In this document: piece by piece, positions 44,475 to 54,399 of the stretch
Numbering within the stretch: position 1 is the stretch's first letter
Layout: every line of letters begins with the position of its first letter
Source: a virus
IMG/VR virus record: IMGVR_UViG_3300037200_000120
Span: 34,893 to 98,892 of that record
Reading direction: 5' to 3' (one strand)
Length of the DNA stretch: 64,000 bases
Program-made: the position numbers and the translations under genes
Notes under the pieces: generated by a model
What the model was told of the DNA's origin: nothing
The model's input: the letters and a program-made list of their open reading frames with translations, nothing else
The model's database searches: none

Positions 44475-44912
44475 TCACCACAATTCGAAGCCATGCATTT
44501 TCTGAAACGCCGTCCGCAACACATTCCGCTTTGCGATCGTCGCTGCTTGCTTGGTGGCCCGCTCGACCTCGCGCTCGCGCTGGATTCGAAGCTTCGTCGC
44601 CAGGCTGAACGAACGGTTGACCGCCAAATCAGGATCGAGCCGATTGACGTCGCGAGCCTGTTCCCGGATTCGATCGGTCACGAACGCAGGAAGCGCGTTC
44701 ACGGCGAGATAGCCCACCATCTTTTGCGCAATCGCCCCTTCGTCGGCGATCGATGCAGGCGCCGCGCTCAATTCGCTGACGCCCGAACTGACGCCATAGC
44801 CGAACAGGCTCGAGACGCCGCCGCGAAGCCCGCTAGCTTGCTCTGCGGAGCCCGCGATGATCGCCGCTGGCCCCAGTCCCAAAGCCCGAAGGAATGTTCG
44901 TCTACCGAGCAA
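44475..44912 (-). CDS. Hypothetical protein with twin-arginine-like N-terminus
   Basis: GRRTFLRALGLGPAA. Confidence 0.5.
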   Translation of the reverse strand: MLGRRTFLRALGLGPAAIIAGSAEQASGLRGGVSSLFGYGVSSGVSELSAAPASIADEGAIAQKMVGYLAVNALPAFVTDRIREQARDVNRLDPDLAVNRSFSLATKLRIQREREVERATKQAATIAKRNVLRTAFQKMHGFELW

Positions 44913-44960
44913 CTGCCATCTCCAATTTCAACTCGCCCAGATCCACCGTCTCTAGGCCCG

Positions 44961-45731
44961 CTACGCCGCGCCGAGATAGCGCTCGTGGCCGGGAGGCGTT
45001 AGGCGACAGGATCGACAGGAACGCTCCCCAGCGTGCGCCCGAATGGTCGCGCCGATCGAATCGGGGATAGCCTCAACCGAGACGCCGTGGGCGCGACAGA
45101 GATCGTGGAACTCGGCTTCAGCGCGGCTCGGCGACGGCGTCGCGGCCTCGAGCGCGCGCGTGGCTGGAACTTTCGCTTGAAGCGCGCGAATCTTGTCCCT
45201 GACGACGGCGCGCTCGGCATCGGTTGGCTCGTGGAAGACCTTGGCTGCGAGAACCGCCGTGATCTGATCCGCCTCCGCGTGGGCGCCCTGAGCCTTCTTG
45301 CGGGCCAAGACGAGCAGCTCCGGGGCGCCGGGACGAAACTTGGCTCCGCTCTCGACCACGGCCCGGCAAGCCGCGTTGATCGCCCAGAGCGGTTGCGAGG
45401 ACAGCACCCGAGCGTAATCCGTCACGGTCGCCTCGACCGAGGCGGCATCTATCCCGACCATCGGCAGCAGGCCGAATAGTCTGGCAATGCTGCGCTTGGC
45501 GTCGTCTAGGTCGGCCCCACGCACCGCGGCGCCGAGAACGTCACGGCGCCCCTCGAGCGCGCGCCGCTCGTCATCGCGAAGCGCAGTGCGGTCTGAAATT
45601 TCATACCCGATTCCGATCGGCTCCATCTCGCGGCAACACCTCGACAACGCTTCCCTCGATCGTGGGTCCAGCGGAACCGGAGGTTTGGCCGAAATCGAAA
45701 CTGTCGTCAGGCTGTTCGTGGCGTTTTCCAT
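44961..45731 (-). CDS. Replication accessory protein (helicase loader-like position)
   Basis: DYARVLSSQPLWAINAAC...FRPGAPEL; overlaps the initiator 3' end. Confidence 0.5.
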   Translation of the reverse strand: MENATNSLTTVSISAKPPVPLDPRSREALSRCCREMEPIGIGYEISDRTALRDDERRALEGRRDVLGAAVRGADLDDAKRSIARLFGLLPMVGIDAASVEATVTDYARVLSSQPLWAINAACRAVVESGAKFRPGAPELLVLARKKAQGAHAEADQITAVLAAKVFHEPTDAERAVVRDKIRALQAKVPATRALEAATPSPSRAEAEFHDLCRAHGVSVEAIPDSIGATIRAHAGERSCRSCRLTPPGHERYLGAA

Positions 45732-46434
45732 CGATAATATCTCGTAAAATTGAGGACGTAGAGGGCTTGGCGGAGTGGCCGTTGAGCGGCCCGGCGCGGG
45801 CTGGCGGGAACGTGGCGTTTTTGAACCAATCGAGTCGGAAACCCTGCCAACCGCGGTCGATCATCATCCGAGCCGCGTCCTGCGGCATGCCCGTCGCGAC
45901 GAATTCGTTCGCCAGCCGCGCGGCAGCTTGGGGCGTCAGCGGTTTGCGCATCCGCTGCCGGTGATCGATTACCTCGGCCGCCAGTTCGTCGCCCAAGGCT
46001 TCCGAGAGTTCCTGCCGAGGGGTTGGCTTCCGAATGGCAGTGGGCTGGGTCGGCGTTTCGACTTGGGGAACAGAATGCGTAGCATTCGTAAGGGGTATAA
46101 TTACTTCTTCTGCGCCATAAAGAACGGGCGTGGGCGCACATACGCGAGGCTCTGGTTTTTGTTTCCTAATTTCCTTTGAAATCATTGAAGAATTTTGGTC
46201 CGCAATAGGCGCGACGGTCGCTTCCGTGTCGCTTCCATGTCGCGCGACAGTCGCTTCTATGTCGCGCGATGCTCGTTCTTTTGCTTTTTGCGCCGCGCGC
46301 TTTGCCTTCCTGGCAGCCTCGACATTATCGCGCGCTTCGATCGCCTCCACGGCAAGCGCGATGGCCTCTGCTGGCGCCCCAGCATCTGACATGGCGCGGA
46401 TCAAGGCTGCGATGCTCACAGACGACCGCGCCAA
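45601..46434 (-). CDS. Replication initiator (O-like)
   Basis: IDHRQRMRKPLT...MIDRGWQGF C-terminal motif of phage replication proteins. Confidence 0.6.
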   Translation of the reverse strand: MARSSVSIAALIRAMSDAGAPAEAIALAVEAIEARDNVEAARKAKRAAQKAKERASRDIEATVARHGSDTEATVAPIADQNSSMISKEIRKQKPEPRVCAPTPVLYGAEEVIIPLTNATHSVPQVETPTQPTAIRKPTPRQELSEALGDELAAEVIDHRQRMRKPLTPQAAARLANEFVATGMPQDAARMMIDRGWQGFRLDWFKNATFPPARAGPLNGHSAKPSTSSILRDIIDGKRHEQPDDSFDFGQTSGSAGPTIEGSVVEVLPRDGADRNRV

Positions 46435-46907
46435 TCTTCAGGCGTGATGTCCGCAGCGTCAGCGTGGAAGACATATCGCCCCTTCCACTCGCTCATCATG
46501 AGATCGCACTTGCTGCTATTGCAGGGCCTGCATGCTACTACGAGATTCGATAACTCATTCGTCCCGCCTCTCGCCAACGGAACGACATGATCGACCGAGA
46601 ATGGGCCTCCCTCATCATTGCAGTAGTAGCATTTGCGGCCATCTCGCCGATACACCACTCCCGTGAGAGGCAGCCATTCCTTTTCCGGAAGCCGGGGAGT
46701 CGCCGCGATCCCGAGCGTTCTGTGCGCCAAGGGAGCCGCGATTCGACGCAAATACCTCCGTTCGGAATAGACTTGAGCATCCTTCCTTTCGGCCTTGGCC
46801 GACCGCTTGCCGATTAATCCATCGGCGACGGTTCCCATCTGTTTTTTAGTGCATCCGGCTAGGCGCATCTGTTCAATCACGTCCTCAAGGGTCATGCGCG
46901 CCGCCAT
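46416..46907 (-). CDS. HNH endonuclease
   Basis: RDGRKCYYC...VDHVVPLARGGTNELSNLVVACRPCNSSK. Confidence 0.9.
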   Translation of the reverse strand: MAARMTLEDVIEQMRLAGCTKKQMGTVADGLIGKRSAKAERKDAQVYSERRYLRRIAAPLAHRTLGIAATPRLPEKEWLPLTGVVYRRDGRKCYYCNDEGGPFSVDHVVPLARGGTNELSNLVVACRPCNSSKCDLMMSEWKGRYVFHADAADITPEDWRGRL

Positions 46908-47061
46908 TCGGAGAGAAGGCGATCACCCCGCTTCGAAACTGAACGGGCAAATCTCTTGTCGACCGCATGCCCAGGATGCGCGTGCGCGGCGTTCAGCACG
47001 GCGCCGGAGACGATTCGGAGCATTCTGAACTGGGCGCCGTTCGCCCTTTTCCAAAGGGAAC

Positions 47062-47310
47062 TCACGAATCCTCCCCCGCCGCCAGATCCTCGAACGCAGC
47101 CGCAGCCAACAAGAGAGGAGAGACGCCCAAAGCGCGGGCGAGAGAGGCGAGAGTCCCGACGCGAAGCGTGGCGACGCCGGAACCGTCCATGCCCGCACCC
47201 TCAATGCGTAGGACTAATTCCTCCGCCAGATTGGCCTTGTCGGCGAGGCCTTGGAACGTCATTCCGAGCCTCTTGCGGTGATGCGCGATCTTGTCGCCGA
47301 GAGCGGTCAT
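47062..47310 (-). CDS. XRE-family HTH regulator
   Basis: LGDKIAHHRKRLGMTFQGLADKA...IE...LARALGV. Confidence 0.75.
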   Translation of the reverse strand: MTALGDKIAHHRKRLGMTFQGLADKANLAEELVLRIEGAGMDGSGVATLRVGTLASLARALGVSPLLLAAAAFEDLAAGEDS

Positions 47311-47831
47311 GCGAGCACCTCAACTTCAACCGAGTGCGTCAGCGACCACCGGCCATATATCTGATGACGTTCAGCTCGTTGGACACATTCTTTCAGAATC
47401 CATGGAACCAGTTTCTCGCTCCAATCGTTCAATGAAGTCCAGCCGGAACCGTTGGCCAATGCGTTCACGTCAAAAACGCCGACCGTACCGTCCTCTCTCT
47501 TCGCCGAGCCGACCCAATGCGTGTACCGATAGGCGGCTCGCGGTGAGACGCCAGGGGCACTCCAGGGGCCGTGCCACTGGATACGCGCTAGACCCCATGT
47601 CGGCCACTCCAAGGGCTCTCGGCGTCGTTTCCAGACCACGCCGAGTCGGCCCAATATTTCCCACATCAGCGTCGGATTGGTGTATCGCTTCTGCTCGAAA
47701 TCTCCGAGGAAGGGACGCACCTCGAAAAGCGTCAGCCCTGTGATCGCAGCAATGGCCGCAGGCCCGCAGTTGCACCCCCACGCATTGAATGCGGCCTCGG
47801 CGTCTTCTCGGGTGAACCGGGGCGCTTTCAT
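47307..47831 (-). CDS. Hypothetical protein (papain-like Cys-His pattern)
   Basis: NCGPAAIAA ... HWV pattern. Confidence 0.45.
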   Translation of the reverse strand: MKAPRFTREDAEAAFNAWGCNCGPAAIAAITGLTLFEVRPFLGDFEQKRYTNPTLMWEILGRLGVVWKRRREPLEWPTWGLARIQWHGPWSAPGVSPRAAYRYTHWVGSAKREDGTVGVFDVNALANGSGWTSLNDWSEKLVPWILKECVQRAERHQIYGRWSLTHSVEVEVLA

Positions 47832-48027
47832 GCCGCCACCTCGACCTTCCGCCGCACTGCCACAACGGCCTTCAGAAGCCATTCTCTATCCACGCCTTCA
47901 AAGCTGACATCACAATCCATGAGATCGTCGACCAGGGCGTCGTTGGACATGGCGGCTAGTTCGGGACCGTAGCCGTTCAAGGTTGCCCGCTTGATGGATT
48001 CGGAGACGAGATGGTCGAGGGAGGTGG

Positions 48028-49722
48028 TCATGCGGATGAGCTTTCGTGACGGGCGGCGTCGGCGAGGATTCTTTCGCCGATCCATCTGACAACCGGAACC
48101 GCGAAACTGTTGCCGAGTTGGCGATACCTAGCTCCGTCGGCTTGACCTTTTCCAGTCTCGTCGGGTATCAATGTATAATCATCAGGAAATCCTTGTAGGC
48201 GCTCACACTCTCGTAATCGCGGGGTTAGACGACGAACGGCCCAACCCCCAGCACCTCCTTTCCCGTGGGCTACGTCGCCACGGTCGGAGGCGAATTGTTG
48301 GCTTTCGTCATGCCCCATGGAGCGCAGCGTCGGCGCGAGGTCTGAGGTCGCATCGGCGCCGTGATCCTTGCAGGAAAACGCGATTGGCCCAGTCTGGTAG
48401 GCGATTGCCGGCTCGGCGTTGGCGACGGCCCGCAAAGGATGGCACGGATCGCCGACCTTGGGGTTGCTGAAATTTGCCGGATGATGAATCTGGCGCGGAT
48501 CAAACGCAATTGCCAGCGGGTGCGCGCCGGCAGCCAGCGGATGGCAAGGATCACCGGGTTGCGGATTGGAGCGGTTCGTCGCGCTCGTGATCTGCGTGGT
48601 GTCGAAGGCGACGGCCCACGGCTTGACTGTTTCCAGCGTGCCGCAGATGTCTTCCGACACGGGCGGGGGCCGATCGTAGCCGCGCCCGTCGTCCCCGCGG
48701 AAACGATCCTGAAAGGCTATCGCCTGGCTGAAGCCGTCCGTATCGAGAGGCGCGGCATGGTCGCCGTAGACGCAGACGTCGCTCTGCCGAGCATCGAAGG
48801 CCGTCACACCGGCTTTGTGGGCGACGACGTCGCCCACAAAGCCGGTGGTTTGGTTGGCGCCTACCGTCAGACTGTCGGCAACTTCGCATGCGATCATAGT
48901 GGTGGACTCGTAATCCTGAGACGCGCCCTCGCGCGTTGCGACGCAACGCGCGAGGGCGGGCGCTGCAATCAATCCTCCGTCGCGGTCGAAATCTGTTCCG
49001 AGCCCGCCACCGCCTCGAGTGCGCGCCGCAAGAGTAGGGGCAACTCTTTCCCGCGTTTCTCGGCGCGGCGCAGAATCCCCCTGCACGCTTTTGCGCTCAA
49101 ATAATATCGACGCTGGATCAACCCTGTCTCCAAAACCGATGACAACGAACACACGGCGGCGTCGTTGGGCGAGTCCGTGGTATTGAGCATCCCGAACGAA
49201 CCACGCAAGCCGCGCCCGTGGTCCATGAACCATACCGACGTCGGGCCATCCTCCCCCTCTAGGCGGTACGAGGGCGCGTTCGCTTCCGACAAACGCTCCC
49301 AGCAAACAACCGAAGGCGTTGTCTGGGGTATTGAGCAGTCCTGGCACATTTTCGTAGAGGGCGCCGCGGAGTCCGCATAGTCGAACAAGTTCATGAGCGA
49401 GCACCACATAAGCCAGTGTTAGATTTCCGCGCGCGTCATCCAAAGAAAGCCGCTTTCCTGCGATAGAAAACGCTTGACACGGCGGGCCTCCTATCAACCA
49501 ATCGACCCTACCTAGACTTGCGGGATCAATCAAGGTAAAATCGCCATAGTTGGGAACGCCGTTTCGCGATAGCGGCTCGCCCGGCATGTTCGACCCGTAG
49601 TGATGCGCCAGCACGCGCGACGCAGCCTTGTCGATTTCCGCAAAGCCTACGGGCGTGAAACCGAGCGGCTCCAATGCGCAGCTCGCCGCCTCGATCCCAC
49701 TGCACACGCTCAGGAAACGCAT
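48028..49722 (-). CDS. dcm: DNA (cytosine-5) methyltransferase with long repetitive variable region
   Basis: SVCSGIEA (motif I), GGPPCQAFS (IV), ENVPG (VI), QRRRRVF (VIII), ERLQGFPD (IX), LGNS (X). Confidence 0.92.
   Translation of the reverse strand: MRFLSVCSGIEAASCALEPLGFTPVGFAEIDKAASRVLAHHYGSNMPGEPLSRNGVPNYGDFTLIDPASLGRVDWLIGGPPCQAFSIAGKRLSLDDARGNLTLAYVVLAHELVRLCGLRGALYENVPGLLNTPDNAFGCLLGAFVGSERALVPPRGGGWPDVGMVHGPRARLAWFVRDAQYHGLAQRRRRVFVVIGFGDRVDPASILFERKSVQGDSAPRRETRERVAPTLAARTRGGGGLGTDFDRDGGLIAAPALARCVATREGASQDYESTTMIACEVADSLTVGANQTTGFVGDVVAHKAGVTAFDARQSDVCVYGDHAAPLDTDGFSQAIAFQDRFRGDDGRGYDRPPPVSEDICGTLETVKPWAVAFDTTQITSATNRSNPQPGDPCHPLAAGAHPLAIAFDPRQIHHPANFSNPKVGDPCHPLRAVANAEPAIAYQTGPIAFSCKDHGADATSDLAPTLRSMGHDESQQFASDRGDVAHGKGGAGGWAVRRLTPRLRECERLQGFPDDYTLIPDETGKGQADGARYRQLGNSFAVPVVRWIGERILADAARHESSSA
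48969..49409 (-). CDS. Overlapping alternative-frame ORF within dcm (M.EcoHK31I beta-like)
   Basis: KMCQDCS...RG...MLNT..SP....CSLSSVLET...YYLSAKACRGILRRAEKRGKELP. Confidence 0.6.
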   Translation of the reverse strand: MWCSLMNLFDYADSAAPSTKMCQDCSIPQTTPSVVCWERLSEANAPSYRLEGEDGPTSVWFMDHGRGLRGSFGMLNTTDSPNDAAVCSLSSVLETGLIQRRYYLSAKACRGILRRAEKRGKELPLLLRRALEAVAGSEQISTATED

Positions 49723-49888
49723 GGCTCTTGCCCCGCTTCGATCCTATCCACCATCGCAACCATCTCCCGACGCGTTTCCTCGAGGTCGAAGCCGTCTTCT
49801 TCGGCTTCATCGAGGATTTCTTCGTCGGACATGGCCATGATGTCTTCGACCAGGAAGTCGGATAGACGCATGAGCTGTTCGTGCGCGC

Positions 49889-50158
49889 TCATGCTGGTTC
49901 CTCAGGAAGTTCGATTGCGGTCCAATGCGTATGGTAGCCGGGCCAGCCGCCGACGTCGGTAGTCACCGTTCTCTTGGCAGCCTTCGTGTATGTTCTCACA
50001 GCTATATCAACTTGCACCGTGTACCCACAATCGAGCGGCGTCCCGACATACGGCGGTTCGTTGACAGGAAATCTCCACCACAACACTGGGCCGAAGTCTT
50101 CGTGCCATTCCGAAAGATGGCCGGCTTTCTCGGTTGATTGCTTGTTAGATATTGACAT
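49889..50158 (-). CDS. Hypothetical phage protein
   Basis: EWHEDFGPVLWWRFPVNEPPYVGTPLD...WPGYHTHWT motif. Confidence 0.6.
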   Translation of the reverse strand: MSISNKQSTEKAGHLSEWHEDFGPVLWWRFPVNEPPYVGTPLDCGYTVQVDIAVRTYTKAAKRTVTTDVGGWPGYHTHWTAIELPEEPA

Positions 50159-50307
50159 TTCACGCGCCTCCAGTCAACATGGAACGCAGCAATTCTAACT
50201 CATCTGCGATGATCATGCGACCCTCGCAAATTCGCCGAAATGTTCGAGCGCGGCGCGCACGTAAGCCTCATCCTGAGACGGAAATGGTCGGCGCCGGCCG
50301 GTCATTG

Positions 50308-50979
50308 TTATTGTCCCCCCAGCATTTTTTTCAGCAGAGCGAGTTCTTCCCGCAAAGTTGGATCAATTGCGCATAACGACTCGATCCTTTGAACCGCGTG
50401 GATCGCCGTAGAATGATCACGACCGCCAAACTTACGGCCAATCTCTGGGTATGACCGCAAAGTCAATTGCTTCGCCAGATACATCGCCAATTGGCGAGGC
50501 CTCACGATGATCGCCGTGCGCCGCGACGATAGGATGTCTCTCACGGTTACGGGGAAGTATCTCGCCGCCACCACGCGGACGATGTCTTGGATCGTTGGGG
50601 CATTTTTTACGGGAGGAACTTCCGATTCCGTTTCAGCTCGCTTGGCTGCGATCAACTCGAGTTCCGCAATACGCGCCTTGAGAGGCCGCAACGCGCGTTC
50701 GATCCGAGCTTCGGTGTTGTCCTCCTCGGGAGTAGTCTCGGGCGTTCTGATCAAAGACAAAGGCTTCATCACGACTTCGGGCTGCTCTACCCGCTTGAGA
50801 ACAGTAGCCGGCAAAGTTCGCGGATCGCGCGCGCGCCTGGCCGCGTGGGCCTTCCGCAGGGCTTCCCCGGCATTGGGACCGAGGCGTTCCGCTTCCTGCT
50901 CTGGCGACGTTCCTATCTCGATCGGGCAGCGGGAACTGAGGCTGGCGGAGTAGGAGCCTTGGGAGAAGATGGCGGTCAT
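50308..50979 (-). CDS. DnaA C-terminal (domain IV) HTH protein
   Basis: [44 protein letters not shown]. Confidence 0.88.
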   Translation of the reverse strand: MTAIFSQGSYSASLSSRCPIEIGTSPEQEAERLGPNAGEALRKAHAARRARDPRTLPATVLKRVEQPEVVMKPLSLIRTPETTPEEDNTEARIERALRPLKARIAELELIAAKRAETESEVPPVKNAPTIQDIVRVVAARYFPVTVRDILSSRRTAIIVRPRQLAMYLAKQLTLRSYPEIGRKFGGRDHSTAIHAVQRIESLCAIDPTLREELALLKKMLGGQ

Positions 50980-51458
50980 ACGGCATTCCTCACTAACCAA
51001 CCCAGAGATCGCGCATTGTAGAGCGCCGCGACCCCACGCGCTCCGATCGCCATCAGCGCCGTTCCGGTTCCTGGCGATTTGCCGATAGTCCCGTCAGGGC
51101 GTTCGAATTTGACCTTTGGCGAGATGAACAGGACCGCATCCATCTTCGGAGCGGCCCATTGAAACCATGGGGCTGACGTGCGATCAGGAACAAGGCAGAC
51201 CCCGTTGGCGTGGGCGACGAAAGTTTCCAGCCAAGGCATGAGGCCGTTGCGTTTCCCAAACGGGGCATTCATCCAACAGAACCCGTCCCACGACCACGAC
51301 GTCTCTTGGCCCTTGAAGATCCATCGATTCGCCGGCACATGGCGCGGGCCTTCCTTGGGCGCGGCAACGTCGACGTCGAACCTGACGCCGAGCGCCTCGA
51401 AAATATAGGCGGGAGTATGCCACTCGTCGCTCTGGCCTTCCGTTTCCCATGCGCTCAT
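50976..51458 (-). CDS. Phage DNA N6-adenine methyltransferase (Dam-like)
   Basis: DEWHTP, FDVDVAA, WMNAPF. Confidence 0.8.
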   Translation of the reverse strand: MSAWETEGQSDEWHTPAYIFEALGVRFDVDVAAPKEGPRHVPANRWIFKGQETSWSWDGFCWMNAPFGKRNGLMPWLETFVAHANGVCLVPDRTSAPWFQWAAPKMDAVLFISPKVKFERPDGTIGKSPGTGTALMAIGARGVAALYNARSLGWLVRNAV

Positions 51459-51516
51459 GCGCGCACCTTCGCCTTGGAATCGTGGTGCTCGCGGAACTCG
51501 TGCACGACGGCGATAT

Positions 51517-52335
51517 TCATGACTGCTTCTCCGCGTTACGCTGCTCGAGGGCCGATCTTTGTTTAGGTGGATCGCCCATCAGTAGGGCCGTCAGGTTTAC
51601 GGGCAGGCGTTTATTGCGCGCATCGACAATTCGCTCTTCCAAAGGCGTTGCCGGAAGAGAAGAGTGCGAAAATTCGGTTTTTCTTTCGTGGCGCGAGCGC
51701 TGGAAGTCATCGAGTGCGCGCGCGGCCGGCGACGGCTCAATGTGTCTCGGCTCAGTGGGCGCGGAGCGAGAAATGGCTTTTTGCTCTGGTCCTAGTTTCT
51801 CGACGATCTGCGGATGCAGTCCACGCAGTTCGTCATCCGTGATGTTCGTGAGGCGAAGGGGCGGAAGGGCGGATATGTCGGGATTAGCCGCGCCGACAGT
51901 GCGATCGAATATCTTGGGGACAGGTACGACGAGAAGATCGGAGAAGGGGATATCCTCATCGGCAGGCGGCGCGGCGGGCGCGGCCGCACGATTCTGGATC
52001 GCGGCTTCGGCCTCAGTCGCGTTGATCGCCGCATTGAGCGCGGCCTTGACGGTTTCGAGGTCCGCGTCGCGCCACCATGAACCTCGGACTCTCTTCTCTC
52101 GGATCGCTTGGCGGGTATGTCCGCTGGCCTTCGGGTTTCCACAGAGGATCGCGAGCCTAGTGGCGACGACCCTTGGAAAAACTTCCAGCAGCGCCGCTAA
52201 CGCGAGCCAGCGGCCACGCACGGTCGCACCCTCGACGGTCAGGATTGGGTCCTCGTCATGCAGACGAGCTGCGGTGACGATCGCGACGGCGATCTCTCTC
52301 GCTGTAGGCCAGGCGATGGGGCGAGCGTCGGTCAC
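51517..52335 (-). CDS. Hypothetical protein
   Basis: Coupled to upstream gene; ends LMGDPP. Confidence 0.5.
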   Translation of the reverse strand: MTDARPIAWPTAREIAVAIVTAARLHDEDPILTVEGATVRGRWLALAALLEVFPRVVATRLAILCGNPKASGHTRQAIREKRVRGSWWRDADLETVKAALNAAINATEAEAAIQNRAAAPAAPPADEDIPFSDLLVVPVPKIFDRTVGAANPDISALPPLRLTNITDDELRGLHPQIVEKLGPEQKAISRSAPTEPRHIEPSPAARALDDFQRSRHERKTEFSHSSLPATPLEERIVDARNKRLPVNLTALLMGDPPKQRSALEQRNAEKQS

Positions 52336-52964
52336 GCGGCGACCTCGGGCGGATAGTCGCTATCCTTTTCGAGGCGACGACGACACGGCGGTATCCAATG
52401 AAGCCTTGTGCCCGACGCCGCTCCATTTCTCCACACCAACCAACAATAACTCGTTGCCGTCGAGCCGTGACGGTCCAGCCGTCCTTTGAACATCGGGACG
52501 CGCTCGACGAATTGGAGTACGTCGGTTGGGGGCGTCTTGCTGAAAAGCGAATTGAACCGAGCGGCGCTTTCAAGGAAAGCCGTTCGAACCAGAATCGCCG
52601 ACGCGACGCGGGAAACTTCGCGCATCTTGATCGCGAATTGCTCCGCTAAACGAAATGGGGGATTCGTCACCGCAAAGTCGACAATCCTATCCGTTGCGAA
52701 CAGGAAATCCTCGACCTTGCCGAAGCCATAATCGTGAACGTCCGACGAATAGACTTCGCCGAAATACTCCGCCAGCGCGCAACTCATATGGCCCTCTGCG
52801 CATGCAGGCTCCCAACAAGTGACTTGCTTCAAGACGCCGGCGGCGCCTTTCTCTAGCCACTCACAAAGCGCTCGCGTCGCGAAAGGAGGCGTGGGAAAAT
52901 GGTCAAGGCTATCGTTCGCCTCGATGCGCGTTGCCATGACAGCGTTACTGCGATTTTGCGCCAC
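52332..52964 (-). CDS. SAM-dependent amino (N6A/N4C) DNA methyltransferase
   Basis: DHFPTPP, WEPACAEGHM, VTNPPF. Confidence 0.8.
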   Translation of the reverse strand: MAQNRSNAVMATRIEANDSLDHFPTPPFATRALCEWLEKGAAGVLKQVTCWEPACAEGHMSCALAEYFGEVYSSDVHDYGFGKVEDFLFATDRIVDFAVTNPPFRLAEQFAIKMREVSRVASAILVRTAFLESAARFNSLFSKTPPTDVLQFVERVPMFKGRLDRHGSTATSYCWLVWRNGAASGTRLHWIPPCRRRLEKDSDYPPEVAA

Positions 52965-53428
52965 TATCTCGTCCCCGCCCGTTGCGCCAGCTCAGCGCTC
53001 GTATCTGGCCTTCCGACCGTGATCACTCTCATGAGCGCCTCGCGATCAATCTTGCCAGCAGCGAAAAGCGCCAGCGCCTTGTTCTTCGTCTCGGGATCGA
53101 CCAGGACCTTCCTCGGCTCACGCCCGGTGAACACTTTGCCTGCCACAGTACCGCCGGTTCGAAACGTCGCTTCTCTTTCCTTCTTTCGTTGCTTCTCGCC
53201 GTTTTCGTCGAAGAACTCACGGACCGTGGACTCGCTTCGATGCACGGCTTTGGCGATAGCGGCGAAACCCATTTTCAAGGGTTCAGCGCGGAGTCTGCGG
53301 GCTTCCATATGCCACGAAGGCGGAAGCTCGCTCTTGGTGGACCTGGTGTTGCGGTTGCGGGGACGCACTACCGCAACCAACTCGGGAGCGTCGTCTCCAT
53401 CAGAGAACGGGAAAGCATCGTGCGTCAT
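52964..53428 (-). CDS. HTH-containing hypothetical protein
   Basis: MGFAAIAKAVHRSESTVR. Confidence 0.5.
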   Translation of the reverse strand: MTHDAFPFSDGDDAPELVAVVRPRNRNTRSTKSELPPSWHMEARRLRAEPLKMGFAAIAKAVHRSESTVREFFDENGEKQRKKEREATFRTGGTVAGKVFTGREPRKVLVDPETKNKALALFAAGKIDREALMRVITVGRPDTSAELAQRAGTR

Positions 53429-53663
53429 GCGGAGACCTCGAATGTTGACCCAGCATCCGCCGCCAAATCCGGCGCGACATGCCAACTGCAATGGACCGAA
53501 TGTTCGCAGACCGAATAATAGACCTCACATTGGCCCGTGAAACGGCAGATATTCGAAAGCCCGTGGGCGATATCCAGAATCGTGAAATGCGAGGTCTCAG
53601 GTTCGAGCAAGTTGAGCAGGATAGTTGGGCCGTGGATGCGTTTGATGGAGGCCACTACGTCAC
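53425..53663 (-). pseudogene. Truncated HD-domain (YfbR-like) nucleotidase
   Basis: DIAHGLSNICRFTGQ...YSVCEHSV, then stops before the LLHD motif. Confidence 0.65.
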
Positions 53664-54223
53664 TCCCCCTTCGCCGATTCATCGCCGGACTTGGTCCACC
53701 GAGCGCTGGGAACGGTCAGCGTCCATCGGGCTTGATCGTCGCCGAAAGCCGTCCGAGGCGAACCAGCCTGCGCATCCCCTGGCGCACCGTCTTTCGTGCC
53801 GCCCCGGCCATCGCCAGCCTTGTCAGAAGCGCTACGGCTGAGAAACACCGGCTGGCCCTGCCCGAGCTTCTGTTGGGCTTGCCGGAGCGCTTTGCGCATT
53901 TCTGGGTCGGGAACGACCGTCACCGCGAGCGGAGTCGGTTCATCGGGGCCGGCGATCCAGAGATCAAACGATTTGTCGTCAACGGAGTGCATCGCGAAGA
54001 GTTGAAATTTATCTGGCAGCTCGCTCATCGCGCGTGCTTGCGGGTATCCGAGGATCGCGCGCGTAGCCAGAGGCGTCCAGCACGCCAGCACCGCGAGAGA
54101 CAGCGCAAGCGCGACTTTCACCCCGATCGCGCCGGCGGACGTCTTGAATATCCACGTCACGGCGCAGACGAGTAGGCCGAGTAGAGCGGCGTCGGTGAGA
54201 ATGAATGTGGAAAAGGGCGTCAC
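53660..54223 (-). CDS. Two-TM membrane protein, third gene of MotA/TolQ-like module
   Basis: GTG start 54223; two hydrophobic helices then LGYP...FDLWI...EPTP soluble domain. Confidence 0.55.
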   Translation of the reverse strand: MTPFSTFILTDAALLGLLVCAVTWIFKTSAGAIGVKVALALSLAVLACWTPLATRAILGYPQARAMSELPDKFQLFAMHSVDDKSFDLWIAGPDEPTPLAVTVVPDPEMRKALRQAQQKLGQGQPVFLSRSASDKAGDGRGGTKDGAPGDAQAGSPRTAFGDDQARWTLTVPSARWTKSGDESAKGE

Positions 54224-54399
54224 GGCTTCTCTCCCCACCGATATAAGAACGGCTGGCAACTGAACTTGTCGCCAGGATTGCGTTCCACAAGCTCGTAGCC
54301 GTCGCCTTTGCATAGAGCCTCTGTGGGATAACGCATGTGTAGAATGTATGGATCGACTGTCGGCGACCAAACAATGAGCAACCAAAATCCAAACATCAT
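54220..54399 (-). CDS. Small hydrophobic protein (59 aa, not in ORF track)
   Basis: MMFGFWLLIVW...; ATGA/GTGA overlaps at both ends. Confidence 0.5.
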   Translation of the reverse strand: MMFGFWLLIVWSPTVDPYILHMRYPTEALCKGDGYELVERNPGDKFSCQPFLYRWGEKP

